Made by a program: the position numbers and the translations under genes. From positions 992,001 through 1,056,000 of the forward strand of contig JAAOMT010000295.1 in NCBI GenBank assembly GCA_016748015.1: DNA of 64,000 bases, in the 5' to 3' direction. Below are positions 11,472 to 22,137 of the stretch, in pieces. Each line of letters starts with the position of its first letter. Positions within the stretch are counted from its first letter, which is position 1. Below the pieces are notes generated by a model. The model made no database searches. It was given only the letters and a program-made list of their open reading frames with translations, and had not been told where the DNA came from. Origin of the DNA: Geosiphon pyriformis uo1 (lineage: Eukaryota > Fungi > Glomeromycota).

Positions 11472-12854
11472 TCAATTTAATGTGTTGTTGTCGATAATAC
11501 TGATTGGTTCCAGATCTTGTGGAATCTCATCTGGTTGGACTAGTATTCTTTGTACTCCTAATTGTGGAATATTACTGATAGATGGTAGTATGATGTTGTG
11601 GTATGGTTTTAGTTGATCTTCATGTACTGCTTTGGTTAAAATTTTGTTATCCAGTCTTAATTTGTAAGCTTCATTTCCTAGAATTTTTTCTATGTGAAAT
11701 GGCCCATCTCATTTGGGGTCGAATTTTGCACTCCATTGTTTTTCTGCTTTGGTATGATATAAGAGTACTTTGTCTCCAATCTTGAATTCAACTGGCTTGT
11801 CTAGTAGTTAACTATCATGTCTTTCTTTCTGTTTTTCTTGTGATTTTTGAATATTATCAGCTGTTCTTCTTCATTTGTTTTCTAATGTTTCTATTAAGTC
11901 ATATGTTCTTCTCAGCAATTTTTCTTGAAAATTCTCTTCTGTTATTGGTTTAGCTGGATATGTATTAATTTCTCTCTCTACTGGTAATGTTGTTGTTCTA
12001 CCATATACTAATTCAAATGGTGTTGTTTGTGTAGTATCTTGCTTTATTGTTTGATAAGCAAATAATACTGATGGTATGAACAAATCTCATTCATTCTGGT
12101 TTTTTTGGCTAAGTTTGGCAATTGCTTCACACAATGTTCTATTGAATCTTTTGACTAATCCATTGGTTTGTGGATGGTATGGTGATGATAATGGTCTCTT
12201 AATTTCGAATCTTTGGCTCAATTCTGTTAATGTTCTGTTCACAAAATAAGTTCCTTGGTCTGATAATAATTTTTTTGGACATCTGTGTCAACAAATTAAA
12301 TTTTAATAAACGAATTCAGCAATGGATTCTGCATCCGCTCTTTGAATTGCTTTTGCCTCTGGTCATTTAGTAAGATAGTCTATGGCTACTGCTATATATC
12401 TGTTTCCTCTGCTGGTAATTGTTAATAGTCTGACTAAATCAATTCCAATCCAGTCGAATGGTTGTCCCACTTTGATTGGTCTTAATGGTTCTCTGGGTCT
12501 TGTTCCTTCTCTTCGCTAACAAGTATCACAATTTTAAATATATTGGATGATGTCTGGATACATTGATGGCCAATAGTATCTTTTTCTGATTCTTTCCATG
12601 GTTGCTTCTTTGTGAAAGTGTCCAGCTGTTGGATTTGAGTGCATGTTGAATAATATTGTCTCTTTCTCTGGCTTTGTAATTACTCTAGTTGGCTGATCTG
12701 AATCCCTCCTATTTTTCTAATAAAGTATATTTTGGTGAGTGATAAAATATTTTGATTGTTGTTTGATCTTCTTTCATTCCATTTGAGATAAATTCTCCTT
12801 GAACTGTTGAGTGTTTATATAATGTTGGAGTTGTTGATATTTTTGTATGTTTAT
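11472..12854 (-). pseudogene. Gypsy B integrase (HHCC, DDE, GPF motif)
   Basis: MHSNPTAGHF..RYYWP..CDTC, IGIDLV, LSDQGTYF, YHPQTNGLVKRFN, TPFELVYG, GPFHIEKILGN. Confidence 0.92.
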
Positions 12855-12914
12855 CTTTTGTTATTTTTCGTTGGTATTGTTCTGGTTTTGTTATATTTTT
12901 GGGTTGAAATATTT

Positions 12915-15900
12915 TTAGATTTGTTTTATTTGCGACAAACCATCAGCATTTCTGTTGTCTTTTTTTTTTTGTAATGTATAGTATAATTGTATAGTGTGAG
13001 TGCCATTTTCCATCTTGACTGTCTTCCATCTTCAAATTCTTGTTTTTGGAGTGATGTTAATCCCTTGTGGTCTGTGTATACTTCAAACTTCTGGCTTAAG
13101 TATTTTTTCCATTTCATGACTGCCCAGTATATTGCTAAGTGTTCTTGTTCCAGTGTTCCATAGTTCTTTTTGGCTAGTGTTAAACCTCTGCTGGCATATA
13201 TTATTGGATGTTCTCTGCCATCTGGTTCTCTCTGAGATAATACTGCCCCCAATGCTTGGCTGGATGTATCGGTGGTGATGATGAATGGTTTGCTGTGATC
13301 TGAATAAATCAGTACTAAAGCTTGAATGAGCTTTTTTTTCAAAATGTCAAAAGCTTCTTGTTGACTTTTTGCTTATTCATATTTGGTATTCTTGGTTTGC
13401 AGTTGGTTAAATGGCTGCGCTATTTTGGAAAAGTTCTTGATAAAATGTTGATAATAGATGGTGAATCCCAAAAATGATTTCAGTTTTGTCATATTGGTCA
13501 GTACTGAAAAGTTCTTTACTATCTCTATTTTCTCTGGATCTGTTTTGATGCCGTTTTTGCTGACTATGTGCCCCAAGAATTTTAGCTCTGTCTTGCCAAA
13601 GAAGCACTTTGTTGCATTTAACTTTAGCCCTGCTCTTCTTAGTCTTTTGAACACTTGTTGAAGATGATAAAGATGATCATCAAATGTTTTTGAGAATACA
13701 TTGGTGTCATCCAAGTATACAACTACTGATTTCCACAATAAGCCAGTATAGACAATTTCTATTAGCCATTGGAAAGTGGCTGGTGCATTGGTTAAACTGA
13801 ATGGCATTACTTCAAATTCAAAATTCTCTTCTCTCATGGTGAATGCCATCTTTTCTTTGTTGGCTGAATCCATGGCTACTTGCCAGTAACCACTATCTAA
13901 GTCCAACGTTAAGAACCATTTGTTTCTGCCAAAAGCATCAAATAATTCCTGTATCTGTGGAGTTGGATAGCTGTCTCCACAAGTTACACTATTGAGTTTT
14001 CTGTAGTCCACACAAAATTGGATCTTTCCATTCTTCTTATGGACGAGTACTACTGGTGATGATCATAGGCTCATTGATGGCTGAATTAGCCTATTGTCAA
14101 GCATTCGGTTTATTTCTTGACGAATAATCTCGTGGCTGGCTGGTAGCACTCTGTATGCTCTTTGTTTAATTGGCATTGCATCTCCAGTCTTAATCTGATG
14201 CTGGATAATGTTAGTTCGGCCAAGCTCATTTTCACTGGCAAAGATGTCATTGAACTGGTTAAGCAACATCTTGAGTTGCATACATTGGAGTGGATCTAAG
14301 TTTCTCATGTTCATTTGTTCCAATTGTTCTGGTTGAAACAAATAACATTCACTTTGTCCGTATATTGTTTGTGATGTGATATCAACATATCCACAAAGTT
14401 GTGGAAAGTCTGGAATGGGGTTTGGTGGTTGATCTTCTATTTCAGTGTTTAAGTATCCAATAATGGTTCCAGCTGGTATTTCTATGACATTTCCTGTATT
14501 GTTGTAGATGGGAATTTTGATGTGGCTGTAATCTTTGGCTGGTATGTGGAGATTGATGAGTTCAACTTTTCCTGATTCACAAAAATTGGCTTCTGCTTTA
14601 AAAATTTGTGCTTGGTCTTTTTTCTTCCTTTCTATTGCTAGCATGTACTAATTATATGGTGGAATGGAAATAGCTTGACTGGTTGAGATAATTTCTCCTT
14701 GGCCAACAATTTCTTCTTTTGCCATATTAACTGATATATCTATTCTACCCATTGATCCAAATCCCTGTATTCCTCTTGCTGTTATTCCTAATTCCTCCTT
14801 CTTTCCCACTGATACTAACTGAGCTACTCTAACCAAAGGCAGGAATATTGTCTATGCTATCTTTTCATTGGGTTCTATTACATAGGTCTTTTCTGAGTCA
14901 TTTTGTAGCATAGTGATGATATTTCCTACATATCCCACGTCAATTATTCCTCCTCTTATATTAATCTTTTTTTTCGTTAAACTACTCCTAGATGCTAATT
15001 GAACCATTGTTGTTGCCAGAATTTCTAGTGCTACTTTCAGATCAATGCAGGTGCGTGTATGTGGTTCCAATTTGATGGCTTCTGTTCCCGGATATCTCAG
15101 ATTAAATCCTGTATTAGTATCATGTGCACGTTCTGGTATAATACTTTTCCCATTGTCACTATACTATTTCAACTCTTGTTTCTTGGAGAGATCTGATAGT
15201 GCAATGTATTGTTCATAGTTTAAATCAGAGTTTGAATTTGAGTTTGGATCGTCTTTATTGTCATTGCCATTTTGAACAAAGCTGGAACTAGTGTTTTTGT
15301 CATTGTTGTTGTCATCAATGTCGGAGTTTGAATTGGGATCGAGTGGCAATTCTGACTCCAATGCGCAGCTGCTGATTGGTTCTTCTTTTTCGGGGATCGT
15401 ATAGATCATGTGTGGTGGTAGATTGTAAATAAGATTACATTCGTTACAATATTCAAAGTCACTGGGAATTAAACAATGGCAACACAGTCTTGTATTCAAC
15501 TGTGCTAGCCATTGTTTTTGCTCTTCTCTAGTGGGTGCCAAGTTCTGGTAGTGTTCATGGAACTCTTCTGGTTCCAGAAAATTTATGACTGGCTTTGCAT
15601 CCCAGTCAAGCTTGATGGGTTCTGGTGAGTTATTTTTGATTTCTCTGATCTCTTCAGGTGTTGCTCCTTCTATTTTGCTGATTGCCATTCTCCAAATTTT
15701 GTCATCATTATGTAGACAATTGTCTAGTTGCTGCATGGCTCTTTTCCAGGCTGCTTCTATTGGTGTTTCTTTCTTTACCCAGTTGCTTATTAGAATTGTG
15801 TATTGACACGACATGTCGCACATTCCTTCACATCCTGGGATGTCATTCCACATCCCTTCATCTAACAGGATCTCCCCACAAGTGAAACAAAGTTGGTTAT

Positions 15901-18900
15901 CCTATTTTTCTTGCCTCTTTGGTCATCCAAAGCATTTGAGTAAGCATGGACAACAGTAGAACTTTGTTGCAGTATGGTATTTCTTATCATTGCCACAGCA
16001 TGTGCCCATTGACAATAGTTTTTTGCTGCAATCGACGCATACAAGCCTTGGCCGTTGATAATTGAATTGTTGTGGAGTATAATGGGTGTAGGAATTATAA
16101 ATAGTGGCAGTTGGTGGCATTCTTTCTTCCTTTTCTTTTCCTTTTTCTTTATCTTTGTTCCATTCTCAACTGAAGGCTTCTTTTTGTTCGTTGTTGGTCC
16201 AAGTCAGATCATCGGTTTCCTAGGTAAGTTCATTTGTTTGCTTCCCTTTCCCATTGTCATCCCAAGAGAGTATTGGCAGCAGCTCATTGTGTTCTTCATC
16301 AGCCCACAACACTTGGTAGGCTTCCCAGGTAGGTTTTTGTTTTTCTTCCTCAAAGTCAATTAGTGGTGCCATGGTGTTGGTAGCCTTGAAGTGGCCACAC
16401 GTGGCTGGTACTTGTGTGTGTTATCCGTTCTGGCTGAGTTGGAGCTCTTGTGTATTCCAGTCCAGAGTAGCGTTTGTCTTAAACAGCCAGTCATTACCAA
16501 CTAGAGCTTGGTATTGGATGGCTTCTATAATGAGTACTTTGATTGATACTATGATGCCGTTAATTTTGATTGGTAAGTCATTGATTTTACCAATTGGAGT
16601 CTTGGTCACTCCATCAGCCATGATGATTCTGGTGCTAGCAGCTCAATCAACTCGGCGACCTAATTGATCCATGAGTTGTTGTGTAATGATGCTGCCTGCT
16701 AAACCACTGTCAAGAATTAGTTTGATGTGATGGCCATCAATTTTCACATCAGTGTACATGGCGGTAATTGGCTTTTTTTTCAGTGTGGCTCCACTAAATG
16801 ATGGTGTGATTGACAGTTCCTTGAGTTCAAATAGAAAAATGGCACCCAGTAATTCATCGTTAGTGACTGTTGCTGGTGGAATATTGCTGGTACATGTTTG
16901 TTGTTTTTGAGTAGGTTTCTGATTGCTGGGTGAGGCATTTTCTGGGGTAACCAGAAGACTTAAATAGTTCTGGGAATTCAGGTTTTGGGAATTCCCGGTG
17001 CTCGAATTCCATTGATAAGATTCTGTTTGACTGAAAGAGCTGGGGATCAGCTGATGAACTACCATTGACAATCTCCAGTTTTGCTGCGTGATTTTTGGCC
17101 TTTAGACTCCACTGGCCAGTAAGTTTTGTGGCAGGATCTGAATCATTTGGGGTTGATAGATTGTTGGCGGTTGTGGTTGATATATTATCTGTGGCTATGG
17201 CTGATAAATTGGGGTCATTGATTGATAAATTGGAGCTTAATATACTGGTAGCTGATAAATTGATTGCTGCATTATTGACAAGTAAGTAGTTTGATATTGT
17301 GTTGAGTTTGATTAATGATTTGGAGTTGAGAACCGGTGATCAGGGTTTTGATATTGATTTCCCAATTGTTGGTTATTTAAACGCTGGCAACAGTCAATTT
17401 GGACATGTCTTTGTTTACCACAATAGTGGCAGATACACATTTCCTGTTGCCACTGTTGATTGGTCAATGAAGATGGACGTAGTTGATTTTGTGCATGATT
17501 AGAGTTTCTTTGATTATTGCGTCGTTGTGGAGGCTAATAAATGGCGTGATTGTTAGCTAAGTATCCTTCCAATTTCTTATTAATTGATTCACTGAACTTC
17601 TCCAATTTGGAATCCAATTCAGATGATCTGTTCATTACTAGATTAACAGCTTGGGCATGATTAGTCTCTGACTTAGCAAATTCAAAATCTCTGGTGTGTG
17701 TGACTGTGTTCTGAAGGGTGCCTGGATGTAACGGACATACATGTTGCAAGATGCTGCTGTGCAGACCATGGATAAACTGGTTGAGTATCTGTGGTGCTGT
17801 GAAATAGTTGGTGTCAATTGCTTGAATTTGGCGCAGGTTTCGATAGAAGTGTCCCAGGTAAGTGGTGACTGCTTCAGTTTCTCCTTGTTTCATGGTGGTG
17901 AATGTATTGACTAGGCAATTGATGCTGTTATTGTTGCTGAAGTATCTTTAGAATTCTGTTTTGAAGGCATTGAAATCTTGTGGTTTATTAACCAAGCTTT
18001 GATACCATGAATTGGCAGTATTTTTGAGAAAGTAGAGAATGGCTTGTATTGCTCAGACGTCATTCCATCCATTGGCTGTGATGGTCTTTTCTACATCATT
18101 TAGCCATACTTGAGCATCATTCTTTTTGCCAGTAAAGTTGTCAAGTTTTGCAATTGGTACGTAGGCCATTGGATCTAAGTTAGGTGGTTGTGATGGCTGT
18201 TGAAGCAGTTGTTGTTGTACTGATTATTGGAGTGGTAGTTGAAGTGGCTGTTATATGGGTTTGACTATGAGATTAATCGGCAGTTGATCGATAACGATTA
18301 CCAGAGATAAGTTTTGCTGATTAATTAATTCAAAGTTTGGATTGTTCTGCCTTTGATGATTCAGAGTTTCGATTTCTGAATTTTCTAGATTTAGATTTTG
18401 CTGAGTTTGAAAATTTGGGATTTCAACTTTTGGGTTTTCAGTGATTGGGTGCTGGTAAGTGAATTCTTGATCCTCTGATTTTTTTTCCTTTTTTTCTGAT
18501 TCTGCTGCTTCTCATGAATCAGAGATTCTGAAATCAAGTAGAGGCAGTAGTAATTGAAGTCCTGATGGGGTTGATGATCGTGAATTAAATCCCTCAAAGT
18601 ATTCACCATATGATCCTAATAATTCTGTTTTCCTTTGTCTACTTTGGAATAGAAATCGTCCAAATGCTGATGTCGCAGTTGATGAAAACATATCTGTTGA
18701 TGATATGTTAATGGTGCTTCCAGGTGTATAGTGGTAGGATGGGTTGCTTGGGATTCAATTCTGTTTTTCTTCCAAGTAGGTGGCTGTATTTTTCTGGGTG
18801 TTACTGCTGGTGTTTGTAGTTTTCCCTTGCTTTTACTAACATATGTAATTGGATATCTTTGTTGAGTGTGGTGTTCAATTTCTTTGTTGATCTCAGTAAT

Positions 18901-19149
18901 AATGGATGCGAAATTATGATTTGTTGGCAGGTTGGTGTTTTGAATTAACTCCCTATAGAAAGTTTCCCTTGCTGATTCAGTATTCACTGGTGTTCCTAAT
19001 AAAGAGGAAATCTTTTTGTTGACATAGAAATTGAAGGCTAATTTGGCGGATATATGATTGTGATTTAATCCCAAATATTGACAATAGTATTGAAATAAGA
19101 ATTTTGCGAATCCTAAATGGTTTGCTTCTATATTTTCTGATTCTGCCAC
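12915..19149 (-). pseudogene. Gypsy B single gag-pol frame: N-terminal extension, capsid, CCHC knuckle, IYQP repeats, protease, Cys-rich region, dUTPase, RT, RNase H
   Basis: ORF-track pieces starting at 17893, 17071, 16621, 16120, 15853, 15070, 14836, 14644, 14011 and 13342 are all in one frame. Motifs: CHYCGKQRHVQIDC, ILDSG, VYLDDT, TTDTS..LGAVL, YTDHK. Confidence 0.92.
14745..15140 (-). pseudogene. dut: dUTPase domain inside Gypsy B pol
   Basis: All five trimeric dUTPase motifs in order: PERAHDTNTGFNL (AGFDL), RSSL, GGIIDVGYVG, EKIA*(Q), RGIQGFGSMG. Confidence 0.92.
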
Positions 19150-19190
19150 TTTTAGATGGTGTCTGTTGGTGCTGGTTCTTTGTAGGATTA

Positions 19191-19209
19191 GACCTCACAG
19201 GAAGCACCA
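19191..19209 (-). promoter_or_regulatory. Primer-binding site of Gypsy B
   Basis: TGGTGCTTCCTGTGAGGTC lies 2 nt inside the 5' LTR and is complementary to a tRNA ending CCUCACAGGAAGCACCA. Confidence 0.8.
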
Positions 19210-19211
19210 AA

Positions 19212-20073
19212 TGTTACAGGTGATTATTTCTGCTATTGAATTGAATAACAAACCCATAACTTGGTGCTCAAAAGCTACTTCCATGGATGAGGTTCTGCAA
19301 GTTTTGTATCTGAAGGTTTTGATGGAGTCCTTTGTATAATGAACAGAGATTCAATAGTGTCGATAGTAGATGTATCTCTCCAAGAGTTTTTCCAATTTCT
19401 TTCTCAGCATAGTGACCGAATTTAGTCTGGCAGTTATGCCCTTCTGGTAAGCTATCCAATAATATATAAAATCCTACCCTTATTTCTGGGTCTTTTACCA
19501 GGCTATCCTTGACATCAATAACTCAGTGCTTAATCTTTTTAATCAATTAGTATATAACAACAAAATCAAAAGAAAGAAAATAAAATAAAAAAAATAAAAT
19601 AAAGAAAATAGAGAAAATAAGCCAAGGCAATTTGGTATGTTAGTATCTCGTCAATAGTCATGATCAAGAGCTATTGTTCCAGTGTAGTTAAGTATCAATT
19701 ATTATCAACACTTCATGTTGATAGTAGAAAGTAAGTTGAGATATGGAATAATTATTTATTTGATGATTGGGAACTGGAATGTTGTTTAGATTAAATCTAA
19801 ACTGGGAGGTCTGTCTTTTCAGCTTCTAATCCTGCTGCTATATATACATAATTGAGATTTCTCAATTCCTTGATTCTTCACGACAGGAATTCTGGAATTC
19901 CTGGAATCCTGTGATTCTTTTAAGAGAAATCCTGGAATTCTGGAATCCTGAAATTCCTGGAATTCTGCAATTCCTAAGAGGAATCCTGGAATTCCACATT
20001 TACTATGCCTACTTCTAATTGGCTAATATCTACTGACTAATAATACTATATTTTCTATATTCTATGAGTAACA
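19212..20073 (-). repeat. 5' LTR of Gypsy B (862 bp)
   Basis: Direct repeat of 9898-10774. Confidence 0.95.
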
Positions 20074-20077
20074 ATGT

Positions 20078-20727
20078 CATAAACTTTTCTCCCCTTACTA
20101 CCCTTAAACAAATGACCTAGTGGAACATTTCAATAAAACATTATGTGAAACTCTAGCCAAAACCAGTGAAGAAACAAACTTATGGGACAAAGTACTGCTT
20201 TCAGCTTTGTTTGCTTATAGAACTGTGAATCATAACATAACAAGTTATGAATCTTTTTATCTGCTCTATGGATGCATGGCAATACTACCAATAGAAACTG
20301 ATATTGAAACAATACCCTTTGAAGAGATCACAATAGGAAATTACAAAAACATTTTGCAAAGAAGACTTGGTACCATTCTTGACTCCTTAATAGAAGCACG
20401 AATAATTGCTTTTGAAAAAATAAAACAGTTCCAAAAAAAGCTTAAAAAAAAAAAACTTATAAAACACTTTCTTTAAGTGTTAGTGACTTGGTATTAGAAT
20501 ATTGTTCAAACAGAGACAATGTCTATGGTAATAAATTTTCTAGCCAATGGAAAGGACCCTTTTTAGTCAACAAAGTTTTGAACAATGATTTTTATATTCT
20601 TCAAGATCAATCTGAAACAATCTTTAATGATTATCCTGTTCATGATACATGACTCAAGAAATATTATAAACGACCTGATTGGCTGCCTGTTGTAGTAATA
20701 CCAACTCAAATAATCAGCAAAAATTAA
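20078..20727 (+). pseudogene. Gypsy A integrase, C-terminal part
   Basis: VEHFNKTL, WDKVLLSALFAYRT, FYLLYG, QWKGPF, ending DWLPVVVIPTQIISKN*. Frameshift in a poly-A run. Confidence 0.9.
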
Positions 20728-20774
20728 GTATAAATAAATACATTATTCCCAAAACAGAGGTATCTTCAATTGAC

Positions 20775-21400
20775 ATGAACAATTATTTTCTGAATCAAAA
20801 CATTCAAAATGCCTTCTATACTCTTCATGAGTATTGGATCAAAAACTATCCAAATGCTACTCTGATTATTGAAAAACAAACCACCATAACTGATAACAGT
20901 AGAACACATACTGTTATTAGACCAAAGAAAACCACTACCAAAAGAAAAAAAATTGGTAGTAAAATGGACAAATATCTGTTGGAAAGTATAACAGCAGCTA
21001 TATTCTCACCTTCCAACACAATTGGAAAAACACTTCAAGAAATCTTATTCATTGACAAAAACTTGTCATATGGAAGGCAATTAAAACTCTATAGTTACCT
21101 TAGTGAAATCATAGAAAATATGAAACTCATGAAGAAAACAACTTCAGAGATACAGACAGAAATTTTAGGCATTATATGATTAGATGTTTCAAGAGTTTTA
21201 ACTATTGCTAAAAGAGCCAAAACTCTAATACAAAGATTTGGTCTCCTGAATACAAAACTCATTTTGCCTTAAGTGTTATATATCTTATCAACAAAAGACT
21301 TCAACAAACTAGTTAGCTTTGAGTTAGATAAAACCCTTCCAATAGATTACACCATAAATAGCTTAATTTTGCTAGAGCTCAATCTCTTTGGAGAGGATGA
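20775..21400 (+). pseudogene. Gypsy A extra ORF in the env position (about 200 aa, unknown function)
   Basis: Starts MNNYFLNQ.. and continues LYSYLSEII, RVLTIAKRAKTLI, ILP*VLYILSTKDFNKL. NFARAQ occurs in a shifted frame just before the PPT. Confidence 0.7.
21390..21400 (+). promoter_or_regulatory. Polypurine tract of Gypsy A
   Basis: GGAGAGGATGA directly before the 3' LTR. Confidence 0.75.
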
Positions 21401-22135
21401 TGTTATGGTTGAAACTTATATTTTTTATTAATTATCACATGTATTAGCCACTGATGTCATATAAATTAGCCATTCTATTTTTAATAAGTAATTATTGACC
21501 TGATCAATAACCTAACCATTGATCTGATTATTAACCTGATCATTAATCTGATCAATGATCTGATCATTAACTTGATCATTAATCTGGTTGTTGACTTGAT
21601 TATTGACCACTTTTGATAGCTATATAAGTAATGAATCTCTTAACTGTAGAAATATATGAAATAAAAGAAAAAAAGAAATAAAATAACAACTTCATCTCAA
21701 TTCTTCTCTTATCGCTAATTTCTCTTTTCCTACTTTCAAGTATCTGAACATCTTAAAGATAAAAGATTACTTGTTAGTTATTCCTTACCCTTTTCCTAAA
21801 ATGTGTAATTGCAACATTTGAAGATTATTAAATAAAACGTGACTGAAAAACACATTTGATACTTGATATTGAATTCTAAGAGTGCTGACGTGAGACATAG
21901 AATTATACCAAGTGTGATCATTTGTTAACAGTATGGACTATCCCTCTACCTTTAGATTCTCCAGTTATCTTTTGAAAAGAATAGTAACTAAGATATTTTA
22001 TGAGACTGATCTTACACATTGAATTCATACTTATTCAATTTGCTCTTTAAAGTTGAATTTCCTTTGATTATTCTCATTACCTTACAATCCTGTTCTCTCT
22101 TGCTATCTATTAGCTTGTTACTTCAACCCATAATA
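21401..22135 (+). repeat. 3' LTR of Gypsy A (735 bp)
   Basis: Direct repeat of 4194-4892 with three extra 12-bp units (10 versus 7), which accounts for the 36-bp length difference. Confidence 0.95.
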
Positions 22136-22137
22136 CT

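Larger units (their letters stand above)
9898..20073 (-). mobile_element. Ty3/Gypsy LTR retrotransposon B carrying a dUTPase (degenerate), nested in the integrase of A
   Basis: Paired LTRs with TGTTAC...GTAACA ends. Degenerate 4-bp TSD ACAC/ATGT (inferred ACGC). Removing B restores the A integrase reading MRI(R)HKL.SPY.P.TN.LVE.FN. Confidence 0.96.
4194..22135 (+). mobile_element. Ty3/Gypsy LTR retrotransposon A (degenerate; interrupted by element B)
   Basis: Paired LTRs, 4-bp TSD CTAT (4190-4193 and 22136-22139), PBS, PPT, and gag-PR-RT-RH-IN domain order. Confidence 0.96.

Noticed and set aside
11398-17502. Many short plus-strand ORFs inside element B, and antisense ORFs in A and the LINE
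   Set aside because: Antisense shadows caused by strong strand compositional bias.
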